The notes beneath the pieces are model-generated. The model worked only from the letters and a program-made list of their open reading frames with translations. It searched no databases and was not told the origin of the DNA. Below, one piece after another: positions 29,981 to 42,400 of a stretch of 64,000 nucleotides of DNA; positions within the stretch are counted from its first letter, which is position 1, and each line of letters starts with the position of its first letter. The stretch is from NCBI GenBank assembly GCA_958009085.1, contig OY253679.1:434001-498000 (forward strand), written 5' to 3'. This stretch comes from Protoeuglena noctilucae (Eukaryota). Made by a program: the position numbers and the translations under genes.

Positions 29981-30568
29981 TTTCCCAACGCGGGCACGAG
30001 CCAGGTCCACCAGCGACGCTAAGGGCTCGAGTGATCTGCTGTGGCATGTCGCAGTGGCCTGGGAGCTTTTCTTCAGGCACTGCGTGCTGACACACGCGAA
30101 GGGCAATGCCCTCCTTGCTCCCCCGGCGGAATGGCCGACAGGCGGCACCATCGGGCTCACAAAATCTGCTCCGTGGACATTGCAGCGGCAGAATCGTGAC
30201 CGTTCGCCTCGTGAAAGGCCCCAACGCCTCGGAGCACCTTCAGTGTCTTTGCTCTGCTCGCAATCGCACCAAACTGCTTGTGCAACTCAAGTCCGTGTCT
30301 GAGATAATCCTCTTATGCTAAATTGGGTTCTGGGGAGGCGAGAGGTGAGCGATTGCGGCCATGCCGCCAACGCCCCGCTTTTAGCACCACGAACACTAAC
30401 TCGAGTCCAGCGGGAAGACGGCACCATTTCCCTCCGTCCGCTTAACGCAGGCGGCAGCTGATGGGAACGATCTACCTGACGGCGGATGCAGGGAGGACGA
30501 CGCGTCTTCCCAGGTGCGGGAAATTGGGATTTTGAAGAGACCTATTTAGGGAACAAACGGCGTTCACG

Positions 30569-32117
30569 ATGCCAAGCCATCATGTTGTCCTGCCAAATAT
30601 GCCATCAGCTATGACGTGTGCGACCCTCAGCGCACAGCCGCACGCTCCTGTCCATCCGCAGCTCGGCGCGGAGGACGTGGAGGACATTGTGCTGAAGCGA
30701 AGCAAACGCCCCGGGTCGCTTTGGCTATCGTGCGCCCTGCAGTGCTTCGGTGGCCGCAAGGTCGTGAGGGACCTCGAGAAGAGGCAGAGTAGGGCCCAGA
30801 TGGACCTCCGCAAGCACAGCAGCGTGACGGCCCCAGGCAGGGCCGCCTCATTCCGCTCCTTCACCGCTGAGGCCCCGACGAGACCGGTTCGCCGGTCGTC
30901 CGCGACCAGCGTACGTAGCGAGGCCATGGCCAAGATGGCCACGGCGCCAGGCAGGGTCCCCTCGTTGCGCTCCTTCACTGCTGAGGCCCAGGCCCCGGCG
31001 AGACCGACTCGCCGGTCGTCCGCAACCAGCGCACGCAGCGAGACTGTGGGCAAGAAGGCCAGCGAGGGCACGCCGTCGTCCGTCCGCACCCGCCCGTTCC
31101 ACCCCATGCACCTCCCACCAGTGTCGCGGCCTGGGCTCCCACCCGCGCGCTCCCGACGCGACCTGAGGCCCAGGGCCGACGAGGCGCCCGAGAGCGAGCT
31201 GGGGGATTTCGGGGCGGTGGTCGCGGGGCGCGCGGGCTCCCGGGGTGGACTCCCTGACATCGGTATTCGTGACGAGCGCCTGCGCCGGGTCATGGAGGCA
31301 CGGCAACGGAGGTCCCGTCGAATGAGCCAGGCGAGCTGACACAGTACGCTTCGTCCACCTGTGCGGGTATCACTGTGTGGGTCAGTGAGTGATGACACTG
31401 TGCTGCCTCGCTTCGCAGGGGGAGCACATGGCACCCCGCCGCGTAAGGACCGCGAGCCAGCAGACGCTGGAGGAGGTTCTGAATTCCCCCAACCAGGCGA
31501 GTAGAGTGGTGGACTGCCGCTGGGGACATGAGGTGAAGGCATGAGGTGAATGCAGATGAATGCAGTATGAACCGTGGTTATCACCCTGGCCTCACAAGAG
31601 TGACCGTCTTTTGCGCATGGGGATGCTCTAACCATCCCCATCCCCCTATCCATACCCCTCTCCCTATATCCCCCCAATCCACTCACCCCAGGCCAGAGAG
31701 CTAGGCACCGACGGCATCAGCTTCTTCTGGGGTGCCCAGTCCGCGGAGACGGGGCAGCGGAGGGCCCGGGCCGCCACTGAGGTCGGGTTTTGATGTTTCG
31801 GCTCCGACGCACTTACCCGGTGATGATGCATCCACGGAGATGTATCATGCGTCATCCACTCTTCCTCTTGTCGGTAGGCAGGTCGCTCATTCGTGCCAGC
31901 GAATGCTCATTCGCGGCACCCATACCTTTGTTCTCCACAACCCATGGGCGCCGCCAGTCCAGGCTCCATGGGGTTTTGGCCGTGGTTCCTTTTCATCAGT
32001 CACAGAGAGGCGCACGGCCGCCCGAGGCTGGGCGGCCTGGTGTGCGCAGGAAAGCTCGGCAAGCTGCCGGAGCAGGGCTCATGCCCTGTGCTTGTCCGTG
32101 CCCTGAAGCACATCTAG
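30569..32117 (+). CDS. Hypothetical Arg/Ser/Pro-rich protein with an internal duplication; extends past the 256-aa ORF through two GC-AG introns (last exon uncertain)
   Basis: Long ORF to 31330, then in-phase exons 31419-31496 and 31692-31781. No recognisable domain. Confidence 0.55.
30827..31045 (+). repeat. Coding tandem duplication, two copies, period 114 nt (TAPGRxxSxRSFTAEA..RPxRRSSATSxRSE)
   Basis: Copies begin at 30827 and 30941 with high nucleotide similarity. Confidence 0.85.
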
Positions 32118-32291
32118 AGAGGCAGCCAGCTGCTGCTGAGAGGCGCAGAGGGCAGAGCACAGGGAGAGCGCAGAGGTGCGGAGAACAGGGAAGGCACTGT
32201 GGCATAGCGGCGGATAGTCCGCCAGCCAGCTCGCAAACGTTCCGTCGGCCCTAGCAGCGTCACGGCGACGCAGCCGGGGCTGGTGAGACAA

Positions 32292-32311
32292 AGCAGCAGC
32301 AGCAGCAGCAG
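32292..32311 (+). repeat. (AGC)6 microsatellite, intergenic or UTR
   Basis: Read directly from the sequence. Confidence 0.8.
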
Positions 32312-32884
32312 TAGAAGCAGTGGTCCACGTCGCGCGTTGCGGCGAGGCTCGAGAGGTAGGCAAGGCACCCCGCCCGTTGGTGACAAAGCCGAGCGGGTGT
32401 GCCAGAAGGGCAGCCCTATGCCCACCGCGACGGAGAGAAAACACTGCAAGATCGACGGGCTCATGACTGGGAAAGGGATGGACAGGCGGGGCTGGAGAAA
32501 CAGCCTCGCGCCTGCGCGCGAGAGAGCAGGGGAAAAGAGAGCGCGTGCTCCCAGGTGCAGAGGTTGCGAAACTGGTGGACGAGCCGCGGTCCCGTGGCCT
32601 CGACGCAGGCGGACGGCAGCGCAGTGCTGCGCCGGCTGGGACGAGGGAGAGGGTGCGAAGGCTCGGCCGAAGGGAAAGGAGGAAAGGCAAAGAGGGAGAG
32701 GAGACACGGTAAGCCGGCCGCTGCTTTGGTTCTTTGCTAAGTGGCAGCGAGCCACGCGAGGTGCGAGCGCGGCCGGTGTCTGAAAAGGGGGCGACGCCGT
32801 GTGTCTGAGGGGACCACCGCGGCGACGCAGGTTGTGATCGCGGCCAGGGTGCGTCTGCGCTTGCTGGGCGTGCCTCGGCGGCCC

Positions 32885-34807
32885 TCACGCCATCAGGGCG
32901 TCAACCTTGGGCATGGAAGGGAGGCGAGGGATGCCGGCGCTGTGGAGCGCACGTGCCAGCTCCCCCGCCGCCGACTCCTGCCCTCCGGGGCAGCTGGCCC
33001 GCATCGCGCTGCGGCCGCTGGCAGCCCCGCCGCGCGAGCCTCCGGCGTCGCGGTCCGCAACACGCTCCGGCGTGCCGTCCGTGGCGCGGCCGTGGGGCGC
33101 GTGCGGGTGCAGCACCCCGTCGATGTGCATCTTGGTCACCGTACCCGCCTGCTGCGCGTACCCATACACGTGGCACAGCCGGTCGTCGTCGGGTTGGGTG
33201 CTGTGGACGTCGTCCTCTGTCTCGGGGGACCGGCGGTGGCGCCGCACCCCCAAGGGCAGGCACGCCGCGATCAGCTTGCGCCAGACCAGGACGGAGGTCG
33301 CAGGTGCAAGCTCCTTGGAAACCTCGGCCTTGTGCATGCGGGGGACCTTGTCGACGTCTCCGCCCCAGGTGCGCCACCGAGGCGAGTCCACCTTGCCCGG
33401 CGTCTCGGCGAGGGCCACCGTGATCTGGCGGGCGCTCCTGGTTGGGGGAGGGAGGCACGCGGAGTCTTGGTCAGACACCAGCCGTACTCGCAGCGCCTTG
33501 ACGGAGAGTGCCACAGTTCACATGGCCGCGCGCTGCCTCGAGCGACTCACCCCTTGTCCAGCTGCACGGTGCGCCGCGACTTGCAGGTGAGGGTCTCCTC
33601 GGGGGTGGCGGCGGCGATGCGGCGCGTCGAGTGGCGCGCGAGGGGCGACGTGGGGCCGGAGACGGGGAGCGTGGGCCCCTCCAGGCTGAGCCGCACGTTG
33701 AGCGACAGGTGGCGGGGGTGCAGGGACCCGGCACTGGGCAGGGGCGCCACCCGTGGGCTGCACGAGTAGCCCAGGAGGGCGGCGTCCTCCGACGCGCCGC
33801 GGGGATGGCTCCCGAACGCGGCGTCCACCCCGGGGATGAAGATGGACTCCGCGCCGGGGCACTGGCACTCCGAGCCGCTGCCCAGGAATGAGTCGCGGGC
33901 GGCAGCCATGCGCGGGCGGTGAGGGGGGACGTCGAGGTGTGCGTCGGAGGGGAGCATGAGGGACGCGGCGGGCTCCAGGGCTCCTCCCGGCAGCGCGCGC
34001 CCGGCGCTGGGCAGGCAGATGGGGGCCTGGCGGGCGACGTGGACGTCCGACGCGGCGGCGCCCCGGGGGGAGGTGACCGTCGGCGCGGCACAGCGGGGGG
34101 TCGAGGGGGACGGGATGGGGATGGGCGCCGCAGGGGCTGGCCGGCGAACCGCTGTGGGGACGAGAAGGCTTCCAAGCTCATGTTGCAGTGACGACGGCAA
34201 ACGACTCAACAAGGGGAACGCAGCAACGCGGCACCCACCTGGCGGATTTACGGCACTCCCGTCATTGCCGGGGGCGGCGTCGCGGGCGTCGCAGCTCATA
34301 GCCGACGAAATCGCCGAGCTGCGGGCGAGAGCGGTGGCAGGCCGTGGATGCCGTGGTCCCCGCTCCCTGCCCCGTGACAGACAGCACCGCGATGTCTCAA
34401 CAAAGGGTCACCTGCGCGCCACCCATCCGATCGGCATGCGCGCGCCAGATGGCACCGCCTCCGCGATGCTGCGCAGAGCCGCCGCCTGGCGGCGCGCCCG
34501 GCCAAGGGTCGCGCCCCGAGGATTCTGGGGAGCGATGAAGAGGCCGTCCGACGTCTCGCTCAGCTCCGATCGCGCGGGCTCTAACAGCCACGACGGCCAC
34601 TTCGGCTCCACGCCCAGGCTCGGGTACAGCTGCTCCGAGTGCCCCGCCTCCTGCAGGGGCGACAGCACACGGGTGTCTCCTCCTGCAGGCCGCCCGCAGG
34701 AAAGCGCAGCGGGACCCCTCGCGCCGGGCCCGCACCAGGTGTTCCAAAACCATCTCCCTGGCCGGTCGGTGATGCGCGGGAGGCTTCCTGCGGTCCAGTT
34801 CTTGCAT
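32885..34807 (-). CDS. Hypothetical low-complexity Pro/Ser/Arg-rich protein, 5 exons
   Basis: Phase-consistent GT-AG chain: MQELDRRK...EHL | EAGHSEQ...VAR | SAISSAM...NPP | VRRPAP...LDKG | SARQIT...VDALMA*. No known domain recognised. Confidence 0.55.
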
Positions 34808-35666
34808 TAACGCCTCCACACATGGATCGCCTCCTGCGGGCGACAGACGGTGCTCGATCGCGGCGGTCGCGCAAGGTCGCCGCGCGTTGGCGACGAACGG
34901 GCGCGCGGGAGGGGAGTAGAGGTCGTGATGCGATGCTCCTTTGCGACGGGAAGCTCGAATCCGCGCTCTCGAGGACCCAGTCAACCGGGCGAGGTGGCAC
35001 ACTTCTGCGCTCCGGTGCGGCCCCGTCCGAGACATTCGGCGTTCCCCACGGTGCTCCATGGCCCAAAACGGCAAAAAGTAACACCTCGGTTCACGCGCGC
35101 GCCCCTCCCGACGCGCCGAGGACAGGGAAGCTCCCCGACCCCCGGCGCGCAGGGCATATTGCTCACCCGCGCGCTCCCCCGCGTCAAGTGAGAACCTCCG
35201 AACCGGAACCACGCCTGGCTGGGCGCGCGGGGCGAGGTCGAGATCTTGCGGGGCCCGCAACAACAGCAGGCCCTCGTGGACGATGCCCCGGGGCCCCAGG
35301 GCCGGTTCCGCGAACGCAAGCATTACAAACGAGCCCAGTGTGCGACGCCGATTGGCCCCAGGTCTCCTTCCCAATCCTCTTCTCCCCGATCCTCCGACGG
35401 GGGCCGCTGTGGCCGGGTGGGCACAGCTCACGGTACCCACGAGGATGGCACGCAGGAAACGGGGTCAGCGTGCGCGCCTGCCGGGGCACAATTCCCGCAA
35501 ACCACACAACTGGCACCGGGGTTTACCTGGGTCGGGCCAAATTCGCCGTTCCCAAGCCCCACGGCGTCGATGCCTAGCTTCCTCGCCAACTTTCGCCGAT
35601 CAATACCCTGCATCGAGCCCCGAGACCTTGTTCCAGCACGATTGGCGGTCCTGGGCGGTCCCCGCG

Positions 35667-38168
35667 ATGGCATCGCGCGAGGAGGATGCGGCCGTGAGCC
35701 ACTCCTCGCAACTGCAGGCGCAGGAGGGCCCGGAGCCCGCGCGGGCTCGTGCTGCCGGCGCAGAGGTTGCACAGGCCGACCCGTCCGCAGCTTCTGCAGC
35801 TGGAGCCTCCGCGAGCGCCGGAAAACCTGGCGCCCTTCCTCGTGACGATCGTAATGGTGGCGCAGCATCCCCCGGAGGGTGAGGCCTGGCGCAGGTGCGG
35901 AGAGAACCCGATGCGCGCCAGCCGTCGCGTCGTGGCTGACCTGCGTGCCGCCAAAGTCCGCAGAGGCCCCGCGGAGGGGAGGCTCGGCAAGAAGCGCAAG
36001 GTCGCGCTCTTCCTGGCGTACGTGGGCGCCGGGTACTCGGTGAGGCTTGGCACGGAGCTCGCCGAGCGAATGCGGGGCAGGGCTCTGAACGGGTGTGGTC
36101 TCCAGACACGCGAGTGCGCTTGCGTGGGCTGTCTTCCCCTGGCCATGTCGTGGCGGAGGGTTCTCCTCCGCCCCCCTCTCGCCCCTCGCCCCACAACATC
36201 ACCTGGGTCCATAGTGCAGCCCCTCGGCCATGCCACCGAGGTGCCGCCTCCGTATTCCAGGACATCTCCCTCGCGTGGCGCTGCCACCGTGCGATGTATT
36301 GCCGTCCCGCACCTCGCGAGGCACCCCCCTGACGTGCAGGGCATGCAGCACAACCCCAACGCCAAGACGATCGAGGCCGACCTGGAGCGGGCGATCGTGG
36401 CCGCGGGTGGCATCAGCGCCGACAACGCGGGAGACTTTCGCAAGGTGTCCTGGAATCGAGCGGCGCGGACAGGTGCGGGGTTATGGGGCGTGGAGACCGG
36501 GGCGTGCATAGCGCACCCAGGAATGTGGAGGAGCCGCGGTGGGAAGCGAAACACCGACGGGCTCCATTTGCGCCGCAGACCGTGGAGTGAGCGCCATCGG
36601 CCAGGTCGTCAGCCTGCGCATGGTGCTCGAGCCGCCGGGCATCATCGAACGGTGAGCGCCTGCAGATCCCAAAGCCGCAAAGCCGGGCCTCGAGGGTGGT
36701 TTGCCAGCCGCTTGCCAGGGCAGTGAGGAGACTCGGGATACGCGACGCCGCGGCCGGGGCTCCGGCCCCGTGCCGCTCCGTGGGCCACATGGAGGCCACC
36801 TCTGGTCTTCCAATAGATCCTACCGAGCCCTGGGGTCTGGCATGTGAATGGCCCCTTCCTGCATGGTCTCACGCCCGCGCCACATGGATCGTCCATATGA
36901 CAGCACGCCACGACCCGCCCCTGGCCCCTCCCCGCAGCATTCAGAAGCACCTGCCGGCGCAGATCCGCGTCTTTGGCTGCGTGCGCACGACGAACGGCTT
37001 CAGCGCCCGCAAGCACTGCGACCACCGTCGCTACCAGTACCTCATCCCCACGTGGGCCCTGGACCGTGCCTATCGTCCTGAGCCCGACGCGCCGTCGTGG
37101 TGGCAACGGTACCGTGCCTCGGGCGAGGTGCTGCCGGAGCACCGGTCGCTGCCCGACGACCGCCGCGCCGAACTCGACGCCCTCCTGAGTCAGTTCGTGG
37201 GCACCCACAACTTCCACAACTACACGGTGGACGTGGCCGGGACGGACCCCTCGGCCAAGCGCCACGTGCTGTCGTTCGGGGTCCGCGACGTCATCGAGGT
37301 CTCGGGCGTACCCTTTGTGCGCCTGGAGATCGTCGGGCAGTCCTTCATGCTCCACCAGGTGACATGGCACCGCCAAGAGGGGTGCGTTGCATGCTGACAC
37401 ATCGCATGACACATTCTATGCCCGGGTTCACGCCTGCTCGCTTCCATCGCAGATCCGCAAGATGGTGGGCATGGTGCTGGCCATCGCCCGGGGCGTCGCG
37501 GACCCCTCCTGCCTGCGCCTGGCGTTGGAGCCCAGGCGCGACATCTTCACGATCCCCATGGCCCCGGCCTCGGGCCTCCTGCTGGCCGAGTCGGTGTTCC
37601 AGGTGTACAACCGGAATTGGGGCAAGGACCGGGAGGTGGCATCCCTGGAGAGGTGGGGGGCCGAGGTGAGCAGCGGGCGGTGGGGAGTCGAACAGCGTTG
37701 CGGGGCCGATGACGATTGTACGTGGTCCCAACAGTCCCAGGGTGGCCCCTGGCCGCCGCTGCCGATCACCACTCCTTTGTCACTACCTCTGAGGCTCCTG
37801 CTGCTGGGACAGGCCGACAGGTGTATGCCTCGTGCCTCATCGCTGCACCAGGGCCGGCCTCCGCTCCTCGCTCGCAGGCGGAGGCGTTTGCCATGGGGCA
37901 CGTCTACCCGCAGATGGTGCGCGATGACGAGGAGCACAACCACATGCACGACTTTGTGGGGCGCCTCGAGAGCAAGGGCAAGGAGATGTTCGGGGACTGG
38001 GCGTCGCTGCCGGTGCACAACCGGCCTTACGACAAGCGCAAGGGCAAGGGGCGCCCGCGGAACGGCAAGCAGGACGCGCCAGACGCCAAGCGGCGGCGGG
38101 GGAGGGGCCGGGAGGTGGACGAGGGGGGGTCGGGGGAGGAGGAGGAGGAGGACGGGGTCAGCGAGTGA
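35667..38168 (+). CDS. PUS1: tRNA pseudouridine synthase, TruA/Pus1 family, multi-exon
   Basis: KRKVALFLAYVGAGYSGMQ, catalytic RAARTDRGVSA, RRYQYLIP, FVGTHNFHNYT, GQSFMLHQIRKMVG and IPMAPASGLLL. Confidence 0.93.
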
Positions 38169-38515
38169 CTCGTGTAGACGAAGGCTTGGGTCTTGCTTAG
38201 AGCTCTCGCTCGAAGGTGGCCGTCTGACCTGCACTCCCGTGTGAATCCCAGGGGATTCGGGCGGCAGACCCGTCTGACCACTGAGCTGGCTAGCGCCGCC
38301 AGCTCGAGCATTCTCCACTTCACACCTCTCTCGGTCTTGGCGGGAAAAGCTGCGCTAGGCTCGGGCGTCGTCAGGGGTCACATTGGGGCAATCAACGTAA
38401 CGATTTGCCAGTAATGGCGCTCTCCATGTCCTCCCGATGCCCTGCGTTCAGCGCAGTGGGCCCACGAAAACCTCACAATCGGAAGCTCGCCATCAGGCTG
38501 GGGGATCTTGCGCCA

Positions 38516-39117
38516 ATGACCCGCGGGCGTCGAGTACGGGCACAGAGCCATGTGGTGGAGGAGGTGCGCGACGTCGCGGCCGAGGTCCAAGGGGTGACAT
38601 TTGTTGATGAAAGGAGTAAAAGAGGCTTGAGCTCCTGGCTGTCCGATGGGCAGGGCAGGGCGATCAAAAATCGTGATCTGGTTCGACTGTGCTTCAACCT
38701 TGGCATAGCGCTACCAGGCCAGCTGCGACCACGTGCTTGAGCGTGGCGCGTCGACGTTGTTAACATAAACCTCTCACAGGTTCATGAAAGCCAAAACCTC
38801 AAGCACCTCAACGATAAGCTAGAGGAGCTCATGCACGACTTGGGCCTCTCGAAAACGCAATTCCGCAAGGCGGTGCACGAGGCCAACATCTGCTTGCGAT
38901 GCATGAAGACCTTCGTGACCGAGAAGGCGAGTCGATTTCTTGGTGCAAGTGCAGCATGTGGATCCATGCGATGATGCGACGTCGACCGGTGCGACCTGCC
39001 CTCGCTCGCGCCACGCAGAGCCTTCAGCAGCACATCCACGCCGTGGGACACTCGCGGAAGAAGAAAGCTGTGAAAAACTACGAGTTCGCACGCTTCGCCC
39101 TGATCCTGATCTGGTAA
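38516..39117 (+). CDS. Small C2H2 zinc-finger protein, 3 exons (alternative upstream ATG at 38414)
   Basis: Exons 38516-38680, 38780-38926 and 39019-39117. A GC-AG intron splits CLRCMKTFVTEK|SLQQHIHAVGH, which fits C-x2-C-x3-F-x5-L-x2-H-x5-H, followed by basic SRKKK. Confidence 0.6.
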
Positions 39118-39434
39118 AACGGCAGGATTGAGGCTGCCGTTTCTTGCAAGTTCCTTCCCCCCGCCGCTCCTCACCTTGAAACTCATGCACACCACAAGAG
39201 ATCTCTGGGAGCCGCACCGGCTCATTGTTCCTGGCTGTCACGACCCGCAACCTCTGCATTTGCATGCATGTGAGGCATCCCCGGCCTTACCTTCCCGCAA
39301 GTCCACCATTCATGAAGGCCAAGTAGGTAAGCAAAGCAGCGCTGGATGCATCGGCGCCCTCACCCCAGGCGCGAGCGCGAACGGGGGGAGCAAGAGGTTA
39401 GCGAAGCCAGCCGTTGTTTCTGCCGCAGGGCGCC

Positions 39435-42400
39435 ATGAGCTCGCAAGACGTGCCGCAGATACCTGAGGGAGAGCTGCAGCTCGGTCCATTGCTGGGCTGG
39501 GGCGGCCAAGGGGAGGTATTTCGGGGCACGTGGCGGAAACGCAGGGTCGCCGTCAAGAAGCTCAATGTCGTCGTGAACGACGGGGATCCGAACAGCGCAC
39601 ATTGCAACATTCTCACCGAACGCGTGCGGGAGCTGCAGCGGATGGCGGTGGCGGCGATGCGGTGCAACCGCGTGTGCAGGCAAGTCAATGCGACGCACGC
39701 AGAGCTGCTGAGGGCGTCAGCGTTGGCTGCATTCCTGATTCATGGCCCCGCTGCGCCTGCTCCTGCCCGCAGACTGCTGGGATACAGCATCATCGACACG
39801 CGCCTCCACATCGTCATGCCCCTGTACGAGCGGGGCTCCCTCGCCGCCCGCATCGCCGAGCGCGGGGCACTGCACGGGGACGAGCTGGTATCTGTCGCCG
39901 AGCGGCTGCTGGAGAGCCTGAAAGAGCTGCACGACTGCGGGATCGTGCACCGGGACGTCAAGCCCGCGAACGTGCTTTTGGACGACGACGGGAAGCTGCT
40001 GCTCGCGGACTTCGGTCTGGCCGTCGTGGTGGAGACGATGAACAGCACGGGCACGACGACGGACAAGTTGTTCGGCACCGCCCATTACGCGTCCCCGGAG
40101 CAGCTGTACTCGAGACCATGCACCCCGGCTTCGGATGCGTTTGCCCTCGCCTGCACCATGTATCATGTGGCGACGGGCCAACGGCCTCACGCTTCGTTGA
40201 CGCCCTTTGAGGTCGGCGTGGTGGTTGCCATCGAACACCGCTTCCCGGAGATCCCTGACGCCGTGCCCGAGCCCCTCCGGTCCGCCCTGCAGGGCGCGCT
40301 TCGTGCGGAACCGGAGGAGCGGACGTCGGTGGAGGACATGCTGCGCGCCGCGAGGGAGGCCAGGCAAGTTGTGAGCGGGAGTGTCGCACCCATGTCGTGA
40401 CATGCACTGCGCTGAGCGCGAAACCCCTTCTGTGCCTGCAGGGTCCGGGACTGCAGCCTCTGCCGGGCGGGGCGTGAGGCGGGCACCATGGTTGCGTGCT
40501 CCGAGGGCCGTCACCGCCTCTGCGGCGACTGCCTGGCCTCGGTGGTGCGGGCGGTGACCGCGGACCCTGGGGTGTTCACGGACGAAGGGCACCTGCCGTG
40601 CGCGAGGTGTGCGGCCACCGAGTGCGACGGGGTGTTCCCAGAGGACACTGTCGTGTTCCAGCTGGGAAGCGAGGACGTGCGGAGGTGCTTCCTGGATGCC
40701 ATCCGGCGTCACGCGGCGCTGATGGCGGGGAGGACCCGGGCGCCGCCAGCCGGGGCTGTGGGACACGAGGGGACGGCGGGGCAGAGGGGGGAGGTGGAGG
40801 AATCTGCGATGGAAGTGGAGCAGGGAGACGTGGTGGGGCAGGAGCGGGGGCCAGAAGGGGTGGAGCACGTGCGGGCAGCGCTGCAAGATATGGTAGCGGA
40901 GCAGGACTGTGTGGTGGGGCAGCAGGGGGGATCAGAGGAACATGAGGGATTAGAACAGCATGAGGGGGTGCCTGAGGAGCCCAGGGAGGCTCCGCAGCCC
41001 AGCGCCGACGAGCACTCGTTCCCGGGAGACGGTACCACCCCAGACGAGCTTGGGGATTCCTTGCCGGTGCCTTCCGGCCATGGCACGTGGGACAGCGATC
41101 GTCCGTCGACGCGCCCTGTGGCCACCTGGGTCGATGTGCCCTCCGAGGCTGGCGCAGACGACGGCTCCGTCCACCAGCACCGGCAGGCGCTCGAGGACGA
41201 GCTGCTGGTGACGCGGTGCCCGTCGTGCCTCAACCCGGGGCTGGCGGGCGGCGACCTGCACGAGTGCATGGTGCTGTGGTGCGCCCAGGAGGACGGCGGG
41301 TGCGGCACGGCCATGTGCGGGTGGTGTTTCGGGAACTGCGGGGAGGACGTCATACGGCACGTGGCCACCTGCGCCTTCAACCCACGCGCCCCATACGTCA
41401 CGGGCTCCGAGCGCGAGCTGCTGGCGCGGGTGCAGGCAGAGCAGCGGCGCCGGGTCGTCGAGTACCTCCGAGAGATGGTGCCCCCCGCGATGCGGGAGGC
41501 GGTGTGGGGCGCCGTCGAGGGCCTGCCCGTCCTGCGGGACGCGGGGCTGCGGTGGGCGCAGGTGGCCGAGGATCTGCAGTCGTCATGGTGCGCGTCCTTG
41601 GACACTCCAGGGAGTGGGTCAACGATACCCCAGCCCTGGGCCGAGGGGAGCAGGGGCCGTACCCACGCCGCGCCCGCCCCAGTCCAGGTGTTGTCCAGCG
41701 ACGGTGGCTTCTCTGATGGACCGCCATCCACCCTGGGCACTGCGTCAGGAGACCCTCTGCAGGACTTGGCAGAGGTGGGCCAGCTGACAGGGCTGCTGGG
41801 GCGCATGGGCCCGGCGGGGACGAGCCACGCGGTGCGCTCGGCGCTGGATCTGAGGAACGAGCCGCGGGGCAAGAGGAAGCCGCTGGTGGGCGAGGGTGGC
41901 AAGGCGATGTTGGCGATGGGCGCTCTGCTGACGGGGGGGACCGTGCTGGGAGCGGTGCTGGACGGGCCGACTTCCGCTCTCTCCGCGCTGTCGCCCACCC
42001 GCGCACCGGCCAAAGCCCCGCCAGCCCCGGACCCCCCTTCCCCGTCCCCACCGCCCCCACCGCCCCCGCTGCCCAAGGCGATGCAGCTGGCCTTGGCGGC
42101 CCAGCAAGGGGGTTCCGTGGACTTGGAAAACTCGGAGGTGGAGCTGGGTGCCGAGCTGCGTGTGGTGGGCTACATGGTGGTCAGCAACGGCACGGTGCGC
42201 GTGCCTGGGGGGGCGCCGTACGCGTTCACGGTTCCGCCGGGCGGCCGGCTGGAGCTGACGTCGGTGCAGGTGGTCGGGGCTGGCGTGTGGTGCGTGGGGG
42301 GGTGCGCGATGCTGTGCAACAGCTTGGTCAAGGCCGCCCCCGAGACGGGCGTGCTGTGCACCACCTCGGGCATCGCGGCGATACTGCCCGCCTGGGCGCA

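Noticed and set aside
39435..40400. Stand-alone bacterial PknB-like kinase gene
   Set aside because: The ORF contains an in-frame 93-nt GC-AG intron and splices into the downstream RING exon, so it is not a separate prokaryotic gene.
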